From: Eledone cirrhosa
Taxonomy: Eukaryota
NCBI GenBank assembly: GCA_964016885.1
Contig: OZ024742.1
Location: 14,570,001-14,634,000, forward strand
Length of the DNA: 64,000 bases
Reading direction: 5' to 3'
Made by a program: the position numbers and the translations under genes
Notes under the pieces: generated by a model
Database searches by the model: none
Told to the model about the DNA's origin: nothing
What the model saw: the letters and a program-made list of their open reading frames with translations, nothing else
Shown: piece after piece, positions 1 to 12,573 of the stretch
Layout: every line of letters starts with the position of its first letter
How positions within the stretch are numbered: position 1 is the first letter of the stretch

Positions 1-82
1 AGACCACATGTGAGAAAAGGATCCATGCAATAGGTGGCCCTCACTATAAATGTCTCCTCCATGTTTTGTTGTTTCTATTCAG

Positions 83-196
83 TTAACTGTTGCTAAGACC
101 ACATGTGAGAAAAGGATCCATGCAATAGGTGGCCCTGACTATAAATGTTATGGTGAAGGAAGTGTCAGTGAAGAAGTATCACTGCCAGGTTTTAAA
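83..196 (+). CDS. SNX25: SNX25 exon ([20 protein letters not shown]...PGFK)
   Basis: ttctattcAG acceptor, GTAAGT donor at 197; 114 nt, phase 0/0. Confidence 0.85.
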
Positions 197-3011
197 GTAA
201 GTCTATAATATCTCTCTCTTTTTCTTTCTACCTTTCTTTTACTTCTTTCTTTCTTTATTCCTTCCTTTCCTTCCACCCCCATCTCTTTCCACGTTGAAAT
301 AGCCATTCCAACATGTGTGGCTCCTCCTGTGGCTGGCCAATTCTACTCAAATAGTAGAGAGGTAGTACAAAGGCCAATAACTCTAGAAGTCTTCACTGCT
401 ACAGGTTCAATAACAAATCTATCAGAATGTGCCTGATACTTCATCAGTTTGAGATCTTCAGCTTGTTGTCACTGGATAACGTATCTTTTTGATTATATTA
501 TACTCTTTCAGAATCTGATGTTAGCATAGTCACAGTAAGCACGAAACCCTTAAAACAAGTAGAAGACTTTAAGTATCTTGGTTCCATCTTGATAAACTTC
601 CAAATATGCAGAGCCCTGGCCTGAATGCATTTCATAAGCTGGATAACATTTTGGAAATCTGATATACCAAACAAATTTAAAATCAGCCAGTTTATAAGAG
701 CAGTAGAGCCTATCCTTCTCTATGGTTCTGAGACTTGGATCTTGCACTCCTGTCTACAGAGCCATTTAGATGGATGTTACACTACCCTTTTGAGAAAGGC
801 TCAAAATATTCCTTGGCAGATCCATTCCACACTTAATCAAATAATAATAATAATAATAATAATGAAATATTGTGTACAGTGCTCAGGTGCACTACAACTC
901 ATCAAAAAGTGTATGTATATACATAGGGTAATGTACAAACATCAGGAAAATGAACAGTGCATGAGTCATGATACACACATGTGTGCATGTGTATGGAAGG
1001 GGTACATCAGGTGTAGTTTTGGCGTATTTCTGGAAGCATGAGTATCTTAAAGGATGCAGTGTCTCGGCAGCTAACAACTGATGCAGGCAGTTTGTTCCAT
1101 GCTTCAGCAACTCTGAGCGTGAAAAAATGTCTACGAAAGTCATGGGAGCTGTGCTGTTTTCTGATTTTGTAGGCATGTCCACGTGTGTTAGACACATGGA
1201 GATCAAAATATATATGAAAAAATATATATGAAAAAATTCCAGAAGTAAATGCATGACTGATTGAACATCCTACAAGGTTTGCTGGTCACTGCTTCTGTGT
1301 AAAAGATGAGATGTTTTCAGACCTGTTGTTGTGGGAGATCTCCTTCTCTACCAGAAAGCTCAAATACCAGGACACCATAGCAAGAGACACTGAAATTAAC
1401 AAGGAAAACCTACAAACCTTGATGGGGAAACAGAGACCGTTGGTGTGAAGTTGTGCATCACATGTCCATACCATCGCAGTCTTCTCTCCTGCAAACCACA
1501 ACTTATCCCTCTTATACCCAGTTTCTCTCTCAACTCATCTTTGCGAATAAGGATAATATTTTTTTTCTCTTTTTCCTTATTCATTTCACTAGCTGTGTAT
1601 AAATTTAAAATATAAAAAAGGGTGCATAAAGGAAAAAAAATATGTGACACTATTTACAAAGAAGAGAATAAAAAGTTCTTAGGAATGGAACTAACTGGTT
1701 CATTATTGAGAATGTGTTAGTCAGGCTAGTGAGGCCATTGAGAAGGGTTATAGTAAAAAACTATCACCCTTTTCATGATGGCCTGTAAAAGGAACACTTT
1801 ATGTAAAGTTATTTTTTAATTCATTTACAAAATTTGAAATATTTTTTTAATGTTACTAAAAATGGTAGGTTTTTTTTACCAGAAACAGGTTTGTTGATTA
1901 TTCAACATCTTTTTAATATATGTTTTAAGTCTGGAGAGTTGCATCTTTGCACACAGAATCATTCCAAACCAAATATGTTTGTTTTTTACTCCCTACAGGT
2001 TTTCTCAGTGAAAACTATCATGGACACACCAGAACTAAGGCTTTTCTTTCTGAAGTTTCTTCGTCGAAACAACACCCATGCACTTCTAGAGTAAGTATAC
2101 ATTATCTTAACTATCATTGCTTTCACTTGTGTTAAGGGTGTTGGACTTATGATCATAATGCTGTGGATTCATTGACTGGGTTGTGTGGTGTGCTCTTGAG
2201 CAAAACACTTCATCTCACGTTGCTCCAGTATACTCAGCTGAAAATGAGTACCAGTAATAGCTGTAGGGGGTTTAACCCTACGATGGACTGGCGTAACTCT
2301 GTCACTTCCCGCCATAGAAACTGGGATAAGTACCAGACAGATGAACCTCTTAGCTCGAGACAGATTTTAGACTTTTTTTCATTTCACAGCTATGAACTGC
2401 TGCATGAGGGAAGATGGACTACGAGAAGGATTCTAGCAAGTGGTTATTATTATCGGTAGAGGATCAGACGCCATGCTTTCTAGCATAGTTACGCCCCTTT
2501 ATGGTCTGAGTTCAAATCCCGTTGAAGTTAACTTTCTTTGCCTTTCATCTTTACGGGGTCGATAACATAGAGCACCAGTAATGTACTGGGTAATTGCTGG
2601 CCTTGTGCCAAATGTAGAAACAATTATTATTTTCTCCCCGACAAATCAAATCCACACTATATGCAAATGAACTTCTCCAACAGATGTTTTATATATAGAA
2701 AGTATATAAGCTATAGCTGCCAAATAATCTATTAGGGACATATTTGAACATGTTTCAATGTAACAACGTGAATATTATATAATTTTAATTTTAATATTGT
2801 AGGTTTTGGAATGATGTGGAAGAGTTAAAGCAAATTGCCAAGGTTAGTAAAAATAAAATAAAATAAAATTATATGTCCTACCTATGCTAGCGTGGAAGAT
2901 GGACATAAAACGATGATGATTAAATTTGTTTAAATGAAAAAAAAAATTATATTTCTTTGAGACTGAGACAAAGATTGTAAGTTATCTCCCATAGTCTTCT
3001 GGTAGGATGTC

Positions 3012-3066
<55 letters not shown>

Positions 3067-6000
3067 TCAAGCGTTAACCTAATATATTCCTTCCGTATAC
3101 TGTACCGATTGTGCTGTTATTTCTGTTTACCTTTTATACACACACATACACACATATATATATATATGTATGGTGTGTTTAAACATATAAAAAGTATTAT
3201 GTATAATCATCACCACCACCACCACAATCATCACCACCAGTATCACCACTATCATTACCACCACTATCATCATCATCATCATTTAATACCTGTTATCCCT
3301 GCTAGCATGGGTATAGATGATATTGTCATAAAATAGTTCATTTCTGGTGGTAGGTGACTGTCTGTCTGTTTATAACAAAATCAATTATTTTTCTCCAGGA
3401 TGAACAACGGCAGAAAGCATGTCAGATCCTACAGCAGTACTTCTCGTCATCAAACAACAGCGTTATTTTGGAAAAGAAGATCATAAAAACAATGGAAGCT
3501 TTCGTTCTTGGAGACACAGTAAGTCTGTTTAGTTTATTTCAGTCATGCCATGGTACGGCAACCTCTCTAGTGTTGGTGACCTACATGATAAGTTGTGATA
3601 GGAAGGGCATCCAGCTGTAGAAAGTTTACCAAAAAGACAGGGTAACCTTTCCTGTGCCACTTTAAAGAGTGTACTGGGTGTATTTTATCATAGCACCAGT
3701 ACTACCACTTTACAGAGTGTACTGGGTGTATTTTATCATAGCACCAGCACTACCACTTTACAGAATGTACTGGGTGTATTTTATCATAGCACCAGCACTA
3801 CCACTTTACAGAGTGAACTGGGTGTATTCTATCATAGCACCAGCACTAAAGAGATTATCATATGCATTGCCAAACTGAAGAGTCTTTTCTAGTGAAGAGT
3901 TCACTCTCGTGAAGAGTTCTCTCTACTGAAGAGTTCTCTTTACTGAAGAGTTCTCTTTACTGAAGAGTCTCTCTACTGAAGAGTTCTCTCTACTGAAGAG
4001 TTCTCTTTACTGAAGAGTCTCTCTACTGAAGAGTCTCTCTACTCTACTGAAGAGTTCTCTCTACTGAAGAGTTCTCTCTACTGAAGAGTTCTCTTTACTG
4101 AAGAGTTCTCTCTACTGAGGAGTTCTCTTTACTACTCATGTATACCTATGTCACAACACCTAAACACACTAAAAAAAACAAAACAAAAAGAGACCCTTCT
4201 ACAGATTATTCCATTCTCCATGTTACAGGGCCTGGATGGTTTTGCTGATGGTCAGACCCATATCTACCAACTGTTAGAGAAAGAACACTATTCCTCTTTT
4301 ATTGTCAGTGATGTTTACCATGAATATATATCAGCTCTGGAAACTGAACCAGCCATAAAATCTCCTCTTGGTAAAATGTTTTCTTTGTTCTTTAAACCTT
4401 TCATTAACATATTTCTGATGAAAAACATTGAAGTCCAGTGACTAAATATCTATTTAGCAAAAATCAGTGAAATATCCTGTTTTTTGTTGTGACAGCAAAA
4501 CATCCACTGTGTGGACTGGGTACTTTGTGTCGGGGCAGCAACATGTCCACTTTGCTGCGTGGACTGGGTACTTGGCACAAAAATGACCACCTTACAGTGT
4601 GGACTGAGTGCTTGGCATGAAAATGACCACTGTGGCTTGGATGCTTGGCATGAAAATGACCACTGTACAGTGTGAACTGGGCGCTTTTTGTCATGTCATG
4701 TCATCACAACCACTTACTGTGTGGACTGGGCACTTTTTCTCACAGCACCAAAATGACCTCTTTACAGTGTGGACAGGGTGCTTGGCATAAAAATAACCAC
4801 TTTCAGTGTGGACTAGGTGCTTTTTGTTGTGTCACCATCACAACCACTTTACATATATATAATGATTTCACCTTCTCTCTCTTTCTCCTATATAGATGAT
4901 GGTATTGATGGTAAAGAGAGTCTTGGTACCTTCGAAGTAGATAAAGATGTCCTTTTCGCTGACCAATCACATTCCATTCAGAAGAAACTTGAAAAATTGG
5001 ATGAAAAAATTGTCAACAAAAGCCAAGCTCTTGCCACATTATTGAATTCTACCAAACCTGATGCTAAGGTCAGTCCAATGTCTTTAGACATACACACTTT
5101 ACCATTGATTTTTTGGTCACATATTCCTTGGCTTATATTTGTGTATATACAGTATATATATAACCAATGCTAACATGGGTTATATATGTATAACCCATGT
5201 TAAACGATGATGATGATGATGATATATACTTGCCAAGATGGCTGACTTAATACACACGTGTTTTTTTTCTTCCCCATTTTTTCTTCATTTTCCCCGTTAA
5301 TTCCTCATATCATTGTTTACTTTCTATATATTTTCTATTTCTGACTCCATGATGATGATCTTCTGATCAAGGACTAGTGTCCTAAATGTTAAGACTCTCT
5401 TCCTGCTGTTTCAAGCGTTAAACTAATATATTTCTTCCATGTACTGTGTTGTTTGTTTTGTTATTCCTGTTTACCTTTTACATACATATATATATATAAG
5501 TTCTAGTTTGTGCTCGATATGTATACCATTTGATTATAAGTTCTCTTTGTAGATAGAAGGATAAAATGATGATAGAAGGATAAAATGATGATATATACAC
5601 ATCTGCTGGCATTGTATGTATATGTATGTTGTCAATGTTTCTTTTATAGTTTAAAAAAGTAGTTGAAGACCTAAAGAAAGAACTGGAAACTCTGCACTGT
5701 GAAAAGAACCAATTTGCTGCTTATGTTCAACGAACCGATTTATGGTGGGAGAACCAAGGCAGATGGAAAGCTCATGTACACAGTGCCGAAGTAAGTTCAT
5801 AGTATTTATTCCCTTTCATTATTATATTTCAAATCACTTTGAAATAATCAAGAATTTGGAATTATTTAGTAATTTAACTAACTTTCTTATTATTTATCTG
5901 AGTAACACCATGTCATGTGCAAATTCCAACCGACTGATTTTACACCCTCCAGTCATGATACCACTTCCAACCTGGCTGCGTATGTCAATCCTGTTTATGT

Positions 6001-6915
6001 AAATAATGAACAAGAGTGGTGACAATAGGCACCCTTGGCCTAGTCCGACTCCCACGTGTAGGTGTCACGACAAAAAACACACAGTCCACGCTGTAATGTG
6101 GCTGTGTAGGTAACATGGTAAAAAGCTCCCAGTCCAGACTGTAAATGTGGTTGGTGTTAGGAAGGGCATCCAGCCGTAGAAAACCTGCCAGACAGTCCTA
6201 TACGAGCGAGACACAGTCACCCAACCAATGTTGCCTCAAATGGGACAACTCCTGTCTAACCCATGCTAGCATGGAAGATGGACGTTAAACGATGATGGTG
6301 ATGATATCGGGACCTGCTGTAGAAAGTTGTGCAGGAGTATGGGATTGATAGTCAGCTTCTTGCTGCCCTGATATCTCTATAAACATTTTTTAAATTAATC
6401 AATTTATTTATTTTTATTCTAATTAATTAATTAATATATTTATTTATATATTTTGTACCAGATTGTTTCTGAAGGAGACAAACTAACTCCTTACTTTGTC
6501 ATTGTTGTCAATGCTGAAGATGGTGAGTCTCTGATTAAAGCTGAAGGTTGGTCCATTTCTAGGACTTTGGCAGATTTTGGGGTTTTACATGAAAAGCTGA
6601 TCCAGGTAAATATAGAGACTTATTCTGAAGTCATACGAGAGAGAGACAGAGAGAGGGGGGTGTAGGGAGGAGTGAGAGAAAGGAAGAGAGGGGGAAGAGT
6701 GTGAGGGAGGGAGAGAAGAAAGAAGGGAAGTGTGTGAGGGAGGGACGGAGAGAGAAAAAGAGGAGGGGGGAAAAGAGGGAGGGAGAGAGGAAAGAAGGAG
6801 TGAGTTATATAGAGATGAAAGGAAGAAATTAGAACAAATAAACAAGATAAAAATGGCTTAAAATGGTTTATGGTTTGTGTTTTATTGTTCAATTAGGTGT
6901 AGATAGAGGTAGGAT

Positions 6916-6946
<31 letters not shown>

Positions 6947-9900
6947 GCATACACACACATATATATATATGAGGATTACACCATCTTCACAGACGATTGC
7001 CGTCTCTTATTGATTCTGTATTGTCATCCCATCCATGTCGATGACTTAAAGGACTTTGTAGAGCAGCTGTAGATCTGCTTGACAAGAGACTGTTACAGTT
7101 TGCTTGGGTTATCTATATATCTAAAACAGAGAATGTCTGTCTGTCTCCCTAAAACTCGAGAACCACCCAACCGATTTTTTTTTCAAACTTTACACATGTA
7201 ATACTTATGGTTGTGTGAGTGTTTTGAGCAAAAAATATTTAAAATTTTCAATGTCCTAGGGACCGCATTAGGCACCGATTAGCGATCCCTCTCTCTTTCT
7301 TAGGCTGTCTTTTTTTTTTAGATAGATACATAGCTATAACATCACGCCCTTATAATATCTGTCTGTATGTCTGACTGTCTGCATTACAACATTATGAAAA
7401 CATAAAACGCAGAAGTAAATATTTTGAAAAACATTGCAACCGAAGGAAAACAGGAAGACGATACTTTGGTTTGTGAAGACGTTCCCTGGCAATGAATGGA
7501 AAAAAGCGAAGATAATACATCAGCAATGAGAACAATATTTGCTCTAGGGTTCTTATATATTTGATATATATTTATCCTTATCGAGCCCTCTTTTGTTGAA
7601 CTAACACTATATATATATATACACACTATATATACATATATATATATATACACACACTATATATACATATATATACACACACAGATAATGAAGTCAATGT
7701 TTTCATTATGTCGTAATGCAGATAGATACATAGTTATAACATCGCGCACCGGTTAAGGCGGCACCCATGGCTCAGCAATTACATAGTCAACGGTTCGGAG
7801 ATCACATGCATCACTGACGAGTTTACTCCTTACTCTACCAGTTAGCCTTAGTGTACTTCGTCCTGCTTTTAGGTCATGCCTCGAAGGAAGAGATACTCCA
7901 TTGGCCGAAACTGTGAAAGCGGCAAGAAAATGAACAAGGCGAGCAAACGAATCGTCAGTGGAATCTGCTATTCGACGGTCACAAGGCCGAGGTATTCTGT
8001 ACTTCTCTGTACTGTTTCAGAAAGGAAGGCTAAACATGCCAATCTATGTTTAGAATCCCAAGCAACGCTGGGCCATTCTGCTAGTTGTATATAAAGTAGT
8101 ATGGTATTTAATTCTGGAATTAAGTCAACAAAAATAACAGCTGACTCATCATCTTTGTTGCTTTTAATTTATTCCTAAAACTGCTGTCTATTTTGTACTG
8201 TCGTAGACTTCAAATATACTTCTTTATATATATTGTACAATTCCCATCTAACCCATGCTAGCGTGGAAGATAGACATTAAACGAGGATGATGATAATGAT
8301 ATATATATATATATATATAGTAATAATAATAAATTTGAAGACTAAAATCCAAAGAGGGCTCGATAAGGATAAATATATATCAAATATATAAGAACCGTAG
8401 AGCAAGTTATTTTAATAATAAATATATATATATATATATATATATAAAAAGAAGGAGGCACTTAGTGGTTAGAGTATTGGCCTTGCAATCGAAAGGTTGT
8501 GAGTTCAATTCTCAGACTGGGTGATGTGTTGTTTCCTTGAGCAAGATATTTTATTTCACATTGTTCCAGTTTACTCAGCTGTAGAAATGAGATGATAGGA
8601 CTGGGGTCCCTATCATTCCACTGCAAAGTGGTCGTGTAGGTACCACGGCAACAAAGCACCCAGCACTCACTGTAAAATGAGGTTGGTGTTAGGAAGGGCA
8701 TCCAGCTGTAGAAATCAAGCCAGAATCAGTTCCCGTCCCACCCTTGCAAGCAGGGAAAAGCGGACGTAAAAAAATGATGATGATGATGATGAAAGAAGTA
8801 TCTTTGAAGTCTATGACAATACAAATATATATATATATATATATATTTAATACAATAACAGAGATAGCTTTAAGCTAAACTCCGACTGATAACCATCACT
8901 CAACAAACATTAGGTTATACGTTAGTATAAACCTAATTTAAGTGTATTTTGTGGAAAGCCAGTAGTATTATTTTATATGAGATATAATTAGAGTTAAAAT
9001 ATATCTCTCTTTCCAAACTATTGTTTCATTATAAGTTTTCTACAAGTTGGGAGAATGTTTCCAGTTTATGTAGAAGCCTAACATATTTTCATGTAAGAAA
9101 ATATTTAGGTGGGCACTTATAAATCGTCAGTGGAAGCCCATTAAACTTTGATATAAGAAAAAATTCCTTACCGCAGTTAATTTTCATGTCCGTTAAGTTG
9201 TCCCTTCACGCATCGAATGACCGCCAAATTTGAAATTCCAGCAGTCTTTTGACTGAGGAAGTATCATAGCGTCACGAAGCGGAAAAGGGAGACAACCACG
9301 ATTCACGAGAAAAGTAAAATAATATACACGTGGGTTAATTAGTTTTTTCAAAAACGTCATCAATCCTGCGTGTTAAGAACTCGATTAATTTAAAAAAAAT
9401 AAATGTATGTGTGTATTAATTACACACGCATATAGATATTTTCTTAGGCTAAAAACAGAGAAGTGATACCTCAAAACCAACCACATCTCATAACTGTAAC
9501 AAATACGGAAAGTTACGCCTTAAAAGGCATTTGGGAATGTAAATCTCTGGCCAAATTAAGAGTAAAATATTTAATACACGCGAGTTAATTAGTTATTTCA
9601 AAACCAATATTAATTTCGCGTGTTAAGAACTCAATTAATATAAAAAAATAAATGTATGCATGTAATTATTTACACACGCATATAGATATTTTCTTAAGCT
9701 AAAATCAGAGAAGTGATACCCAAAAAACCCAACAATATCTCATAACAGTAATAAATACGGAAAGGCATGTTTATAAGGTACCTGGAAATAAAAATCTCTG
9801 GCCAAATCAAGAGTAAAATATTTAATACAATAACAGAGATAGCTTTAAGCTAAACTCCGACTGGTAACCATCTCACTCAACAAACATTAGGTTATACGTT

Positions 9901-11561
9901 AGTATAAACCTAATTTAAGTGTTTGGGGTGCTAACTATATGTATTTTGTGGAAAGCCAGTAGTATTATTTTATATGAGATATAATTAAAGTTAAAATATA
10001 TCTCTCTTTCCAAACAATTGTTTCATTATAAGTTTTCTACAAGTTGGGAGAATGTTTCCAGTTTATGTAGAAGCCTAACATATTTTCATGTAAGAAAATA
10101 TTTAGGTGGGCACTTATAAATCGTCAGTGGAAGCCCATTAAACTTTGATATAAGAAAAAATTCCTTACCGCAGTTAATTTTCATGTCCGTTAAGTTGTCC
10201 CTTCATGCATTGAATGACCGCCAAATTTGAAATTCCAGCAGTCTTTTGACTGAGGAAGTATCATAGCGTCACGAAGCGGAAAAGGGAGACAACTACGATT
10301 CACGAGAAAAGTAAAATAATATACACGTGGGTTAATTAGTTTTTTCAAAAACGTCATCAATCCTGCATGTTAAGAACTCAATTAATTTTAAAAAAATAAA
10401 TGTATGTGTGTATTAATTACACACGCATATAGATATTTTCTTAGGCTAAAAACAGAGAAGTGATACCTCAAAACCAACCACATCTCATATATGTATATAT
10501 ATTTATATACACATAGGTATCCACTGTAAGTTGTGGGGTCTATTCTGTATGGAGAACTCGATGTAATCCATATGTTGAAAATGTTGTAGGTTAAGATAAA
10601 TCTCAGAAAACAATAAAACATTAAAAGGAAAACAGAGTCATGATATAAGTTAAAACAATGAAATAAGAAATCAAGTCATTAGAGATATACTTCACTGCTT
10701 TACGATCGTTTCTAGATGGTGATAATACATTGTATCTATACTCAGTTATTGATCTATGTAAGTTTACAAACTATCAGATAGAGAGAATATTTACTTACAT
10801 GCATATTACCAGCTGTTTTCAAAAGCAATAATAATTTTATTCAATAATAATTTTACTCAGAATTAGTAGCATGTTAGTATCATGTTCTTATTTGGAGGTA
10901 GTTGAAGAACTAACGAATCAAATTGTTTTTTTCATATGGGGTTAAGATGAAAAGTAATACACTTTAGTTGAGGTCATGACTCTTTGAAAGGAATGGTTGA
11001 AGAGTGTTAGTAGAAATGGCATGAAAATCTATTAGGAACGAAGGGGATTGTCAAACTGATAGCTGAATGTATCTTGTATAATGGTGATTAGTGTTGTATT
11101 GAGTTTTAAGGTGAATATAAATTAATGATATGGGTAGGAAAGATAGTATATTAAAAGATGAAAATTATAATAAGATAATGAGATATAGTAATGCGATAAT
11201 ATACAACTTAACCAACAGAATATAGTACGGTGTGGTAAATTGCACTTAGTATAATATAACATATTATACGCTCTAAAATATTACTAAGTATGTTTATGCA
11301 TAAACAATCAAACTCAGATAAGTTGGCATAGTTAAAACACATAAAATTCATAGTCTATAAAGTGTATATATCCACACTATATATAGAGAGAGGTACAGTT
11401 ATATTGATATCTAATCAAAATATACATACATACAAATAGATGCAAACCTAAATACACATCCACACGCATGCATATAATCATATATATACATATCCATACA
11501 TATCTATATCCACACATACACATCTATATCCCCATATAAACATATACACATACACACATAC

Positions 11562-11602
<41 letters not shown>

Positions 11603-12392
11603 TATAAATATATACATATACATACATATACATCATCATCATCATCATCAACGTTTAACGTCCATCTTCCACGCTGGGGGTAGTGGCGCCGGGGTGTATT
11701 TTTGTTAGAGGTGCCTACTGACTGTAGGTTTCGCTTTGTACTTAGGCAAGGCGGGTCTTCTGTATTACTGTGTAGCACAAAAGATCTCGGTCCAGTGACA
11801 TTGTCTTGGAGAGGTGTAAGTGTGTGAGGTCGGAATTTATCAAGTCGTCTCAGGTTTTTCTGGGTCTGCCTACTCCATGGCTACCGTCTATTTTTATCAC
11901 CCTGCACTTTTTTATACGTCTTTCATGCGCATCACATGACCGTACCAATGTAGTCTTCTCTCGAGTAAACAGCATCTGATCCCTCTTATTCCTAATTTCT
12001 CTCTTAGTTTGTTTATGCTTTGCCGTTCACATATATTACTATTACACATCCAGCGGAGCATGCAAGCTTCGTTCCTCTCCAGTCTGCGTATATCCTCTGA
12101 ATACAAGGCCCAGATCTCACTGCCATGTAACATTGCTGTTCGTAGGCAGGCATCATACAGCCTGCCTTTCATTTTTAGAGAGAACCCTTTAGCGGCCAAT
12201 AGTGGTATAAGCTCTCTGAACTTTTTCCATCCTGTTCTGACTCTAGCTACTGTACTTTCAGAGCACCCTCCACTCTCCACCACTGCTGATTTTGTCACCC
12301 AGGTAACGGAAGGTGTCCACTATTTCTATAGAACCATTTGTGCAATGGAATGAGCTAGTATTCTTTGGGAACTTGCTGCTACTTATTGCACC

Positions 12393-12425
<33 letters not shown>

Positions 12426-12510
12426 ATCATACAAACATACATATATACATATACATATACATACATACATACATACATACACACACATATACACATATAT
12501 ATATATATAT

Positions 12511-12573
<63 letters not shown>

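Noticed and set aside
5355-5400. Hammerhead motif tctt-CUGAUCA-aggactagtgtcc-UAAA
   Set aside because: Two essential core positions (G8, G12) are altered; at best a dead relic
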